This document shows positions 1-13,518 of a stretch of 64,000 bases of DNA, piece after piece (positions within the stretch are counted from its first letter, which is position 1; every line of letters starts with the position of its first letter). A model generated the notes under the pieces. The model was not told the DNA's origin and did no database searches. It worked only from the letters and a program-made list of their open reading frames with translations. The DNA is from Torpedo marmorata (taxonomy: Eukaryota), in contig OZ360228.1 of NCBI GenBank assembly GCA_977017645.1, forward strand, positions 30,752,001 to 30,816,000. Reading direction: 5' to 3'. The position numbers and the translations under genes are program-made.

Positions 1-150
1 ATGGCAGCAACTAAATTGCTGGATGCCCTCCTTTGGTGGGGAATGAGGAGTCTGCTGATGCTGGGGAACGAATAATCAAATATGAGTCAGGATAGGTAAA
101 CTCTGCATCTAAGAAATCAGAAGGAACTTGCATTATTCTTGTATGTTATC

Positions 151-3100
151 AAATCACAAGATATAGGAGCAGAAGTAGGCCCATAGGCCCATCAGGTCTG
201 CTCCGCCATTCTAATCATGAGCTGATCCACCCTCCCACTCAGCACCACTCCCCGTAACCTTTGAAGCCCTGACTAATCAAATACCTATAAATCTCTGCCT
301 TAAATACACCCACAACCTCACTTCCACAGCCGCATGTGGCAACAAGTTTCACAGACTCACGACCCTCTGACTGAAGAAATTTTTTCCGCATCTCTGTTTT
401 AAATTGATACCCTGTTATCGTGATGTTATGCCCTCTTGTCCTAGAATCTCCTACCATGGAAAACATCCTTGCGACATCAACTCTGTCCAGGCCTTTCAGC
501 ATTCGAAATGCCTCTATGAGGTCCCCCCTCATCCTTCTGTACTCCAACGAGTACAGTCCAAGAGCCGACAATCGTTTCTCATATGCTAACCCTTTCATTC
601 CTGGTATCATTCTAGTAAATCCTCTCTGAACCCTCTCCAACGCCAGCATGTCTTTTCTCAAATAAGGCGCCCAAAATTGTACGCAGTACTCCAAGTGAGG
701 TCTCACCAGTGCTTTATAGAGTCTCAATATCACATCCCTGCTCTTACATGATACATGATATTCCTCCAGAAATGAATGCTAACATTGCTTTCGCCTTCTT
801 CACCACTGACTCAACCTGGAGGTTAACCTTTAGGGTATCCTGCACGCGGACTCCCTTGTCCCTTTGCACCTCCGAATTTTGAATTTTCTCCCCATATAAA
901 TAATAGTCTGCCCGTCTATTTCTTCTACCAAAGTGCATGACTGTACACTTTCCAACATTGTATTTCATCTGCCACCTCTTTGCCCATTCTCCTAATCTGT
1001 CCAAGTCTCTCTACAGCCTTTTCGTATCTTCAGCACCACCCGCCCTTCCACCTATTTTGTTATCATCTGCAAATTTAGCCACAAAGCCATCTATTCCATA
1101 ATCCAAATCATTTATGTGCAACGTAAATAGAAGCGGTCCCAACACTGACCACTGCGGAACACCACTGGTAACAAGTAGCCAACTAAAATAGGATCCCTTT
1201 ATTCGTACTCTCTGTTTCCTGCCAATCAGCCAATGATCTACCCAAGCTAGTATCCTTCCTGTAATTCTGTGGGCTTTCATCTTGTTTAGCAGCCTTATGT
1301 GTGGCACCTTGTTGAAGGCCTTTTGAAAGTCCAAGTACACAACATCCATTGCATCTCCCCGGTCTATTCTACTTGTGATCTCTTCAAAAAATTACAATAT
1401 GTTTGTCAGGCATGATTTCCCTTTAAGGAAACCATGCTGACTTGGGCCAATCTTTCCATGCACCTCCAGGTATTCCATAACCGCAACCTTGACAATCGAC
1501 TCCAACAGTTTCCCAACCATTGATGTCAGGCTAATAGGTCAATAATTTCCTTTCTGCTGCCTTGCTCCCTTCTTAAACAGCGGAGTGACATTCGTGATCC
1601 TCCAGTCCACCAGAACCATGCCAGAATCCATTGATTCCTGGAAGATCATTACCAATGCCTCCACAATCTCAATAGCTACCTCCTTCAGTACCCGAGGGTG
1701 TATTCCATCCAGTCCGGGAGACTTATCTACCCTTAGACCATTTAGCTTCCCAAGCACCTTCTCTCTCATGATCTTGACTGCACTCAATTCTCTTCCGAGA
1801 GAGCCATGAGAGTTCGGTATGCTACTAATGTTTTCCACGGTGAAGACTGATCCAAAATATTCATTCAGTTCCTCTGCCACCTCCTTGTCTCCCATTACAA
1901 TTTCTCCAGTGTCATTTTCTATTAGTCCTCTGTCTACTTTGCTCACTCTTTTACTCTTTATATATTTAAAAAAGCTTTTAGTATCCTCTTTGATATTATT
2001 TGCTAACTTCCTTTCATAATTCATCTTTTCCTTCCTCATCACCTTCTTAGTTGTCTTCTCTAAGTTTTTTAAAGTTTCTCGGTCCTCTATCTTCCCACTA
2101 ATTTTTGCTTCCTTGTATGCCCTCTCTTTTGCTATTACTTTGGCTTTAACTTCCCTCGTCAGCCACAATTGTCTCATTTTTCCATTCACAAATTTCTTTC
2201 TTTTTGGTATGTACCTGTCCTGCACTTTCCTCATTTCTCGCAGAAACACCAGACATTGTTGATCTGCTTTCTTCCCCATTAGTGTGCTTTCCCCATCAAC
2301 TTTGGCCAGTTCCTCTCTCATGTGACTGGAATTTCCTTTACTCCACTGAAATACCGACACATCGGAATTTAGCCTCTCCTTTTCAAATTTCAATGTGCGC
2401 TCAATCATATTGTGATCACTGCCTCCTGAGGGTTCCTTTACCTTAAGGTCTCCAATCACCTCTGGTTTATTACACAGCACCCAATCCAAAACAACCTGGT
2501 GGGCTCATCAACAAGCTGCTCCAAAAAGCCATCCCGTCGGCATTCCACAAACTCTCTCTCCTGAAAAATTAACTTGGAATTATGAAATGGGTGGTTTGCA
2601 ACTTCCTAATTTTCAAAATTATTATAAAGCAGCTCAATTAAAATTTGTTAATGAATTTTTTGATTTAACTAAATCTTCCGCTTGGATTAGAATAGAATTA
2701 AATAATATAGGAGAAGATTCTAAAGAAGAAGTTATTTATAAATGGAATTCTAAATTAATATCAACAAGAAGGAAAAATTTTCCTATCCTTAAACATTTGC
2801 TAGAAATATGGAACAAAACGGATAAGGAAATAGGAGGAAAAGGATCGATTTCTCCAAAGATGCCTCTATATCAAAATGAACTTATTCCATTTACTATTAA
2901 TAATCAATTATTTAAATTTTGGTTTCAAAAAGGAATTAAGAAAATAAATGACTGTTTTGAAGCTGGGAAATTTATTGCTTTTCAAAGAATGAAAGATAAA
3001 TTCAATATATTGGATAATACACTTTTTGCTTATTATCAAATTAGAGCGTTTTTGGTTGGGAAATTAGGTTATAGTTTGATTTTACCAAGACAGAATGAAT

Positions 3101-5330
3101 TAGAATTATTAGTTACTAAGGAAGATGTAAATAAATTTATTTCTCAAATGTATAGATTGTTTCACAGAAAAATTCCTAAAGTAGAAATTCATAAATCAAG
3201 ATTAAAGTGGGAATTAGATTTGAATGTAACAATAGATGAAAATCATTGGAAAGAATTATGTAAATTAAGTATGACGAAGATTATTAATGTTAGATATAGA
3301 TTAGTACAATATAATTTTTTTCATCAATTATATTTAACACCTAAAAAAATTAAAGAAATTCAATCCGACATTATCAGGTTTATGTTTTAGATGTAATAAA
3401 GAGGAAGGTTCTTTCGTACATTCTACATGGTTTTGCCCAAAAGTTTATGATTTTTGGTTGAAAGTTAAAAATTTTCTAGACAAAGTATTAAAAATTACAT
3501 TCCCAATGGATCCTATGATATTTTTGTTTGGAGATATCAAAAAAGTTAGTATTAAGATGAAATTAAATATGTATCAAATAGAATTTTTGCGAATTGCTTT
3601 AGCTGTTTCAAAGAAATGTATTGCTATTACTTGGAAATCTGATGTAGATTTAGGGTTAGAAAGATGGCATGCAGAATTTCGTTCATGTATACCACTTGAA
3701 AAAATTACTTACAATTTACGTAATAAGTATCATTTCTTTTTAAAAATTTGGAGCCCATATATGAAAGTTGTCGGTTTAAGGATTTGAAGATCTCTGGACA
3801 TCGGATCTACTGGCGAACCTAACCTCCATAATAGAATTACGGTAGTTTATAGATGTATTTTTTAGATTGACATTCTCCTTACTCTATCTTTTTCTTTCTT
3901 TTTATTTTTATTTTTATTTTATTAGATTAGTAAGGATGGGAGGGTTAGGGAGGGGAGGGTGGGAGGGGGGGTGAAAATGTATCACAAGTATTTTGATAAT
4001 TTTATATTTTACCTTATGTATTTTGTGATTTAAAATTTTAAATAAAATATTTTTTTTTTAAACTCTCTCTCCTGAGATCCTGTACTGACCTGACTTTCCC
4101 ATACTACTTTCATGTTAAAATCCCCCATGATTATCGTAACGCTGTCCTTCTGGCATGTCTTATCTATTTCCAGTTGTATTTTGTAATCCACATCCCGCGT
4201 TTGGAGGCCTGTATATAACTACCATTTGTGTCCTTTTACCTTTACCATTCCTTAACTCAATCCATAAGGATTCTACCTCTTTTTATCCTATGTCCCTTCT
4301 TCCCAATCATTTAATATTGTTCCTTACCAGCAGATCTACGTTGCCCATCTACCTACCTGCCTATCCTTGCAATACACCATGTATTCTTGGACGTTCAGCT
4401 CCCAATGACATACATCCTTTAGCCATGACTCAGTAATGGCCACATCGTACCCTCCAAAGTGTAGCTGTGCAGCAAGATCATCCACCTTGTTTCTAATGCT
4501 GTGTACATTTAAGTATAAAACCTTCAGGTGAGTTATGGAATGCACCGTGTCTCTGTCATCCCTCTGACTATTAATTTGTCTCATCACCTGCCTGTCATCC
4601 TTGCTGCACACTATCTTTACTTTACTGCTGTTTCCCCCTTCAGCCCTCACACTCTGGTTCCCATCCCCCTGCCAAATTAGTTTAAACCCTCCCTAACATC
4701 TATATTAAACCTGCCCACTAGGATCTTGGTCCCCTTTGGGTTCAGGTGTACCTTCCCCAAAAGAGATCCCAATGATCCAAAAATCTGAAGCCCTGCTCCC
4801 TGCACCAATTTCTCAGCCATGCATTTATCTGCCTGATCTCGCTATTTTTGCCCTCGCTAGCACATGGCACAGGCAGTAATCCTGAGATTACCACCCTGGA
4901 GGTCCTGCTTCTCAGCTTCCTCCCTAATTCCCTGTATTCCCTCTTCAGGACCTTCTCACTTATCTTACCTATGTCATTGGTACCAACATGTACCAAGACT
5001 TCTGGCTGTTCGCCCTCTCCCCTCAGAATGTTCTGGACATGATTTGAGACATACCATACCCTGGCGCCAGGGAGGCAACACACCATCCGGGTGTCTTTAT
5101 CGGGCTCACAGAATCTCTTGTCTGTTCTCCTCACAATGGAATCTCCTATCACTATTGCATGCCTCTTCGCCCTCTCCGCTACAGAGCCATGCTCAGCGCC
5201 AGAGACCCTATGGTCGTCCTCTGTCAAGTCATCCTCCCCAATACTATGTAGAATGGTAACCTGGTTGCTGAGATGGATGGCCACAAAGATGTTCTCTACG
5301 TACTCCCTGTGGCTCCAATCTATCACTTCC
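151..5330 (-). mobile_element. Near full-length decayed CR1-clade LINE (SGNH-esterase ORF1 + APE/RT ORF2), split by an L1 insertion
   Basis: ORF fragments: IVIGDSIVR..VHVGTNDIG (4742-5326, esterase), YLNVHSIRNK/AITESW (APE), KSPGLDGIHPRVLKE, YLDFQKAF, KFADD (RT), [13 protein letters not shown] (C-terminus); stops and frameshifts. Confidence 0.9.
2565..4059 (+). mobile_element. 5'-truncated L1/Tx1-like LINE nested in CR1
   Basis: GGLQLPNFQNYYKAA...CxRC..HxxWxC-type ORF2 C-terminus; G-rich 3'UTR, AATAAA; 16-bp TSD aaactctctctcctga (2549-2564 / 4060-4075). Confidence 0.9.
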
Positions 5331-6105
5331 TTGGGAGCTGAACTGCAGTTGCTGTTATGTTAACAAAAATTACCCCAAATTTGATTGTAACAATTAAATT
5401 AGGGGCCATTTGTTCTGGTTGAGGGGACAATGAGTCATCAGAAAACCGGTGCTTTTCACAATGCAGCTTTCCCTTGTCTCTTTGCTTAGTTGCCAGCCTA
5501 GAAATCTCAAATCTGCAATGAAACCCAGAATAATAACTTGAAAATCAGCAGCTGAACCTGAGACTTTCCTCATGTACATTGGCCCATGCTATGACATTGA
5601 TTTCTTCATTTAACAAGCGATAAAGGAGGCAGATTCTCTGTTGCTTTTTTAACAGTACTTTTCCCCCTTCTCCTTTCCTTTGATGGGTAGAACTATGGAG
5701 ACTGTAACGGAGAGGCCTCCAGATTTCATCTTGTATTAAAATCAAAGGTTGGGTTTTGTGAGTAAATTGGTTTGAAATATATTAGATATTTATATATTGC
5801 TGGATTTTTTTGTGGAAATTCTTGCTTGTTGTTCCTAATATCATTTTTTCCCCAAATATTGAGTAATTCAACCATAAAAGTTTCACCTTGTTGCCATACC
5901 AAGAAAAGAATGTCATTTGGAACAGAGTTGATGTTGAAATAAACCTCGTTTGAGAATCCAGCACTGAACAATCACAGATTCTTTATGTCCCACTATCGTT
6001 TTTACTTTAACACAGGGAAGAAAAGAATGTGCTCAATAGCATTTACTTGCCTTCATTGTATGTAATGCAAGGAGCAAAAATCATGACCCACATTTTTCTG
6101 TTTAG

Positions 6106-6243
6106 GCCACAGCGCAGTTGACATCAGCAAGGTTGCACGGCGACACCGTATGTCCCCATTCCCCTTAACGTCGATGGACAAAGCCTTTATCACAGTCCTG
6201 GAGATGACCCCAGTTCTCGGCACTGAAATTATCAACTATCGAG
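6106..6243 (+). CDS. GPHN: Gephyrin coding exon (end of C-linker/start of E domain)
   Basis: tttag|GC CAC AGC...TAT CGA G|gtagg; encodes (S)[45 protein letters not shown], recognisable gephyrin; 138 bp, phase 1/1. Confidence 0.97.
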
Positions 6244-7310
6244 GTAGGAGAGGGAAATGTGAATTACACATTCCCAATCAATTACTACATTGTATCGTCA
6301 TTCAAAAGTTTTCCGAGGTTATAAGTATGTGCTCATTCCTATCTTGGGGATGTTGGAGTGGGAGTTGTGTATCAAAGAATAAATCTATTCAGTTACCATT
6401 TTTTAAAATGCATAACTGATGACCATATGCTTGGTGACACGCTGATCAAATGCCAATCAGTATTTAGAACAAGTATACTACTGTTTATGCTTGCATATGA
6501 ATTTTCCCTGGAGTTTCAGTGCAAAAGTTTGTGCAATCAATCACGTCACTTTGCAGAACCAGCACTGCTGAATTCCTTGTTCAAACATTTGAACTTGTAA
6601 TATGCCTTCAGCGACCATCTGGAAATACAATTACCTGCAACGTATGACTGTTTTTGGTAGTTAATAGAATAGTCATGTTCTAGGAAGCTAAGATTCATAA
6701 CATCAGAAGCCTTTCTGTGAGGATATTGTAACTTGTCCTGGAATGAAATATACGTGCATCATCCTGACAGTGAGTTGGCAGGCGTAGCAAATGAGTGCAG
6801 CCAGAGACAATTTATTTCTTTAATGTATTTAACCTTATCAGAACTAACAGGTATAATGAACATTTTCACAACCTTTTCATTGGCATACATCAGTATTCCT
6901 AACAATAATCTCTTCTGAACTGCTCAAAAGCAAGCAGCATATCTCATACATTGAGCTATTTTGTGGCACGAGAAAAATTCTTTGAAGAGAATCACTCTCC
7001 AGTCCACTGCATTGCTGCACTCCACACAGATCAAAGCTAAGATTCTGCCAGCATTTCTGCAAGAGAATCGCTTCTCAAATCCAATGCCAAATTAGAGCTG
7101 GTCCAGGATAATTGATCCCATTCATTGCAATGGAAATTAAGGGTCTTCAGATTTGCAGTCAAAGTTCCTGTTTTTAAAATCATTTAGTTTAGTTTGCTTC
7201 AATAATTAATGTTTTGGTGTTTCTTTACTTAACTTTAAAAAAATATTGACTTCCTTTTTAATATTTCATGGATATCTCACTGACAGGGCATTTACAAACA
7301 AATACGTAAC

Positions 7311-7500
7311 ACAATACATAAAAGTGCTAGTGGAACTCAGCAGGTCAGGCAGCATCAGGTGCCTAAAGAATGATTCCTGAAGAAGAGAAGGGCTCAGGCC
7401 CGAAACATCAACAGCCTTTTGCTTTCCATGGATGCTGCTTGACCTGCTGAGTTTCTCCAGCACTTCTGTGTACTGCACTGGAATCCAACATCTGCAGACT
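7311..7500. mobile_element. Short fold-back Penelope-terminus element with hammerhead-like core
   Basis: Inverted arms ~7311-7356 / 7431-7475 around CTGAAGA..GGGC TCAG GCCC GAAAC; arms match the 3' end of the Penelope at 31870-31975. Confidence 0.7.
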
Positions 7501-8929
7501 CCTCATTTACAGATTTTTGTGATTTACTTTCCTCATTTACCCCTGATGCTGATAGTTCTTGCAGCAAGCAAAGCTGGGGATGGGGCATTCTGGCTGTCAC
7601 ACCTTTCTGGACAGTTTTGGGGGCTGAGCTTCTTTTACACCACCAGAGACACTGTCATTTTTCACTCTTTGTTGTTTCAATCTGGAATGCTCAGACCAGC
7701 AAGACAGGTCAGTTGCATGCAGAGCTGGTCAGTCAACATGAAGCAACAGGCCAACGATTTGTACATCACTTTCAAAGATTAACAAGACCATTTTCTTGAT
7801 TATAAAATGCCAGTATCAATGATGAGGAAAGCACGGGATATTTGTAAAAGCTAAACTGAAACTTCTGGCACTGAGATGATCAAGGTCAGCAGGCATGTGG
7901 GTGCTTTTATCATCCTGGGTACAGTGTATTCTGGCATTGGAATGTGTCATTATTCCTTCACTGTTCCTCGGTGTAAATCAAAATCCTGAATGTCCCAACC
8001 AGGCAGAAGTATGGGAGTACCTCACTCCAAAGGCAATTCAAGGAAACAGTTAGCTGCCCTTCCCAGAGGTGGATAGGGCAGCACTGGATTGCAGCTAGTG
8101 GCCCACTCATATTCTCTGTTTCAATAAAATTCAGCGGTGATTCCTCTGTTGATGTGGCAACTCCACTGATCCTGAAATGTTAACAATTTGCCTTCTCAAT
8201 ATGATGCCACACCTAAATATCCTTGGGATCGTTTAGCTCTTTATCTCAAAGCTGGCCGTCATCGCCTTGGTCACCAGATTATTGACTTTGTGAGGTTCGA
8301 GAGTATGCAATACAGTTTTTTGAGCTTGTGACTATTCCTAAATCCAAAAGTCAGTAATGTTTGCAAAGTGCTGCAGCAACAACAAAAAAATAATTTGAAT
8401 ATTTACTATGATGTTCATGTTCTCAGAACAAAACAAAAAATAAACCTTTCAGTTGTGTCTTGCTCCCCGCTGTTGGAATTTACAAATCTCTTTTCGCCGT
8501 GCTACATGAAAACAGTAATAATTCTCCTCAGTTCTATATATCCTAAATAGATGAAGGTGACTGTGTTAACTTTTCTGACACCTGCCTTGGATTCCATTTT
8601 CCTTCACAAAGTAAAGGAAGAATCTTCACTATTCTGTGCATTTTTTTAAAATGTTGGAATCATTATTTCTTGATGCATGCTGGTGGTGGCAAAATATAAA
8701 GCTATGGGTTGCAGGAAAGTGAAGTTCGGGTTTGTACGTGAACAGAGGAGCAGGTGTGCGGAGTTAAAGGGTCTTCTGTCCTGCAAATATCAGCTGGGAA
8801 AATATTCATTTGCAAAGTTGTAACTGTGAATGAGTACGTATTTGTTTGCTTCACAGGCAAGGCCAGCATTTATTGACCCCCTCAAATGCCCTGCGGGGAT
8901 GAGCTATCTTGTTAAACTGCATGTTCCAG

Positions 8930-9265
8930 TACCAGCCCATCCCAAGCAGTTAAGAGTCAGAAGTATTGTGCACCTGATACAGGTGAAGCAGCAATTAAAT
9001 TGCACTTCTTCCAGTTGGATGTACTGCATGCAGTGTTCACTGTGTGCTCTTCCCTGCACTGGAGAAACCAAGTGCAGATGATCAATGATCAACCACATAT
9101 TTTGCAGAGTAACCTACACTCAGTCCACAGGAGTGACCTTGAGCTTCTGGTCACCTGCAACTTTAATTCAGCACCCCACTCCTACTCTTACTTTTCTGTC
9201 TCTGGTCTCCTTCACTGTTAAAACAAGCCACACTGCAAGCTTGAGGAACAACAGCTCACCTTCTT
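8930..9265 (+). mobile_element. Old Penelope-like (GIY-YIG) fragment
   Basis: QVKQQLNCTSS..MYCMQCSLC resembles the GIY-YIG region at 31051-31575. Confidence 0.65.
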
Positions 9266-9269
9266 GAAA

Positions 9270-9900
9270 ATTGATGGTCTGGTGATCAGTGAAGAAGGTT
9301 ATCTGAATCACGACAGGATCTAGATCAATTGATAATGTGGGCCAAGGATTGACAGGTAGAATTTAACTCAGACAAGCGTGAAGTATTGCATTTTGGCTTG
9401 TTAAACAAGTGCAGGTCTAGCACAGTAAATGGCAGGGCCCTGGAGAGTGACCGGGGGACGGGACAGGTACATGTTCTCTGATGGTGGTGACACATGTAGA
9501 CAGGCCAAGTGTTGGAAGGTGTTTAGTACACTTGCTTTCATTGGTCAGGATACCGAGCACAGGAGTTGGAATTCATATTACAATTTTACAAGAAGTTGGT
9601 GAGATCACACTTGTGAGCTACTGTGTGCACTTTTGGTCACCCAGTTATAGGAAAGACATCATGAAGGTAGAAAGAGTGCAGAAAGGATTCACAAGGATAT
9701 GACTTGTGAGGTATATGGTACCAGAGGAAGCGGTAGAGGTGATTACAATTACAATATTTACAAAAACATTGGAACAGATACCTGGATAGAAGCAGTTTTG
9801 AGGGATTTGGACCAAATGTGACCAGGTTAGATGAACATCTTAACATGCAGGAACAAGTTGTGCTAAAGGGACTCTTTCCGTGCTGTGAAACTCAATGACT
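9270..9900 (+). mobile_element. Decayed CR1 3' fragment
   Basis: YCVHFWSPSYRKDI..ERVQKGFTR remnants. Confidence 0.7.
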
Positions 9901-10059
9901 CGAGAGCACATAGTAGAACTTCAGATGTCATTGTTAAATTCGCCAAATTCAGCTCGCTTGTGTTCTCTTCCTGTTGATGTCAGATCTGGCTAATGTCGCC
10001 TGTCATCATTTTGTCTCCGTTTTTCTGAATCGATTCATGTAGCTTGCGCTGCATGATAG

Positions 10060-10655
10060 GTTTCCATTAGCAACCCCCCTCCGTCTCTTGACTCCTTTCC
10101 TCCAGCTCCCCACCCCGTCTCTCTCTCTTTCCCTATCCATCTGTCTCCTTTCCTCCAGCTCTGCATTCACAGAGGTACCCCCCCTTCCACGATTAACTCT
10201 CATCTTTTCTCTCCTGCCCTCCTATCCATGCTCACCTGTGGCCTTTTGTCTGTTGGCCTGTGCTCCTCCCCCTGCCCCTTCTTCCCTCCTCTCCCTGCCT
10301 GTTTATTCAGGTACCTGCCTGCTTTTTGCTCATCCTTGACATAGGGCTCAGGCTCAAAATGTTGGTTATATATCTTTGTCGCCTTTAAGATGCTGCAAGT
10401 TTCTCCAGCACTTGTGTGTGTTTACTACAGTCACCGCATCTGCTGTCTTTCTTCTTTCTCTCCGGCCATTGAAGCCCATGCTCCCCAATTACACCCAGTT
10501 AATTGACCAACCTGGTACGTTTTTGGAGGGTGGGAGGAAACCGGAGCACCCGGAGAAAACCCACAAAGGTCAAGGGGAGAACGTACAAATTCCTTACAGA
10601 CAGGTCGCTGGCAATGTAACAGTGTCGAGCTATTGGCTTCGCTAACCATGCCATG
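10060..10655. mobile_element. Penelope-type 3' tail (+) followed by degenerate V-SINE-like element (-)
   Basis: Pyrimidine-rich tail plus decayed TTGA..GGGC TCAG GCTC AAAA motif; 10460-10655 resembles SINE copies at 43705 and 55478. Confidence 0.6.
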
Positions 10656-11169
10656 GGAACAGTTGTTGCAGTATTTAAAATGTTTTCAAAAAATTCAATG
10701 TTCTTTTAATTTTTATGTCATATGAAAAAAGGCAACATAAGAAACAGGATTGAAAGAGTGAGGGTAGATCAGTTGGTCTCGCGAGCCTGCTGCAAAATTA
10801 AATCTAGTCTTGGCCTACCACTCAGTTCCTTTTCCTCTTGATCCCCTTATGTAGAACATTGACCAGTCCAGCACAGGAACAGCCCACCATGTCCGTGTTG
10901 AACATGATCCCCAAATTAAACTAAAATTCTGTTGCCTGCACATATTTCTCTGTTTCCTGCATATTCATGTGTCTACCAAGAAGCCTCTTAAATACTACGG
11001 ACAAGTAGAAATTCTGCCTGGCCCGCAGGAAAATGAATATCAGGATTGTATGTGATGTCATGTATGTACTCTGACAATAAACCTGAACTTTGAATATAAT
11101 TGTAAATAAAGAAATATAAATATTTTGGAATGATTTACTTGGATACAGGATACAAGCCTGCCAGTTCTG

Positions 11170-11880
11170 ATTTTGTTATTCCTTTACCACCTACTTGATG
11201 GTAGTGGGTCAAAGATACTGTGTGCTGGATGGAAAGGGTCTTCTATAATTCTTTGAGCCCTATTTATGCAACGCTCCCAGTAAATGTCATCAATAGATAA
11301 AAGGGAGACCCCAATGATCTTCTCGGCTGTTTTGATGATCCTCTGTATTGACTTTCAGTCCAATGCTTTGCAGCTACTGTATCACACAATGATGCAGCCA
11401 GACAGGTCACTGTGCTCCTGGGGGCCACTAGCCTTGCCCTCCTCATCCTCCTTAAGAAGTGTTGGCATTGCTGCACCTTCCTGACAAATGAGTAGGTGTT
11501 TTGGGTCCAGGATAGGTCATCCTTTATATGCACACCAAGGAACTTTGTGCTCTCTATCTCTCTACGATGAAACCATTGATTTGTAATGGAGAGTGGTCTA
11601 CCTTTGTCCTCCTGAAGTCCACAATCAACTCATTTGTCTTGTCGATGTTGGGACTCAGGTTGTTCTCGCACCATTTTATGAGCCACCCAACCTCTTCTCT
11701 GTAAGCCAACTCAACATTGTTGTCGATAAGGTCAACTACTGTTGTATCATCCACAAACTTGATGATTCTGTTGGAACTGAAACTGGCAGTGCAGTAGTGA
11801 GTCAGCAGCGTGAACAGTCGCGGGCTGAGCATACAGCCTGAGTCGCGCCAGTGCTTAGCATGATGGGACTTGAGATTTTG
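11170..11880 (-). mobile_element. Rex1/Babar-like LINE RT fragment
   Basis: LSPRLFTLLTH..IKFVDDTTVV..LAYREEV..ELIVDFR. Confidence 0.75.
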
Positions 11881-12729
11881 CTAAAGTTCAAATTTATTGT
11901 CAGAGTACATAATGACATCACATACAACCCTGAGATTATTTTTCCTGCGGGCCAGACGGAATTTCTACTTATCAGTAACTGTAAACTGTACACATGAAGA
12001 AAAACTAACTGCAACACAGTAAAAAATAAATAGTGACTAATAAATAGCGTGCAAAGTAAGAGTCCTTAAATTAAATCTGAGAGGAAAAGGAACTGAGTAG
12101 CAGGCCAAGATTACTACCAACCCGGACTGAAGAAGACCACATAGGTGTGTTGAGGATAGTTTATCCACCAGCCTCTGAGGTATGCAGACTTCCCAATGCA
12201 TTGAGCATTTCACTGGACATTTATTAGCTTTTCTCCTTTAGTTGTCCCTTCATCTGGGTGCTCTGTCACATCCCACCTCCATACATTCCCCCATGTCCAA
12301 GTTCAGTTTTGGAACGAGTGACCACTAGTTTGAAATCGAGTAACAGAGTGTCTCTGCCATTCCTGATTTCTCACTGTTCCCCACAGTCTTGGCCGATATT
12401 AGTTCTGGGTATATGTAATTACTAGAACTGTTTGCCCATAAGTTTTCTTCTGTCAAGACAGAAAGCAACTAACTCCACCATAAGTTAGAGGAAGAAAGAA
12501 AGCAATTGGAGAGTCCCTTTCTGTCTCATTGTTAGAGAAAAACGTGTTGGAGTACTGTTCCAGTAATTTCCTTTCCCTCTCCTCCTGCCTCAAATGTGTA
12601 TTCTTTAGTGGCAAAGTTGGCCCTTTTATTATGGCAAGGCTGCGTAGCATGCAAAATCCACTGAAAATGTTGACAGCTACTCCGATGAACATTACAAAGT
12701 TCCTCTGGGCAATGAAAATGTGATCTGAG

Positions 12730-13518
12730 ACGAAGATTATTAATGTTAGATATAGATTAGTACAATACAATTTTTTTCATCAATTATATTTAACACCTAA
12801 AAAACTAAAGAAATTTAATCCGACATTATCAGGTTTATGTTTTAGATGTAATAAAGAGGAAGGGTCTTTTGTACATTCTACATGGTTTTGTCCAAAAGTT
12901 TATGATTTTTGGTTGAAAGTTAAAAAATTTTAAAGTATTTAAGATTACATTTCCAATGGATCCTATGATATTTTTGTTTGGAGATATTAGAAAATTTAGT
13001 ATTAAGATGAAATTAAATATGTATCAAATAGAATTTTTGCGAATTGCTTTAGCTGTTTCAAAGAAATGCATTGCTATTACTTGGAAATCTGATTTAGATT
13101 TAGGATTAGAAAGATGGCATGCAGAACTTCGTTCGTGTATACCACTTGAAAAAATTACTTATAATTTACGTAATAAATATCATTTCTTCTTAAAAATTTG
13201 GAGCCCATATATGAAAGCTGTTGGTTTAAGGATTTGAAGATCTCTGGATATCGGATCTACTGGCATACTTGACCTCCATAATAGAATTAGTTTATAGATT
13301 GGCATTCCCCTTACTCTATCTTTTTCTTTCTTTTTTCTTCTTCTTTTTCTATTTTTATTTTATATTTTTATTTTTATTAGATTAGTGGGTTTGGGAGGGT
13401 TGGGGAGGGGAGGGAGGGAGGGGGGTGAAAATGTATCACAAATAACTTGATAATTTTATATTTTATTTTATGTATTTTGTGATTTTAAAATTTTAAATAA
13501 AATATTTTTTAAAAAAAA
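12730..13518 (+). mobile_element. 5'-truncated L1-like LINE, same family as 2565-4059
   Basis: Near-identical ORF2 C-terminus (MDPMIFLFGDI...); A-tail; 16-bp TSD gaaaatgtgatctgag (12714-12729 / 13519-13534). Confidence 0.9.

Noticed and set aside
4742-5326. SGNH/GDSL esterase ORF as a host gene
   Set aside because: It is the known esterase-type ORF1 of CR1 LINEs, contiguous with ORF2
5394-6100. Short ORFs or possible gephyrin C4-type cassette exons upstream of the first exon
   Set aside because: No recognisable cassette peptide or convincing splice-site pair found by eye
6244-6419. Extension of the gephyrin ORF past the exon (similarly around 42111, 45406)
   Set aside because: Intronic read-through beyond canonical splice sites; no gephyrin similarity
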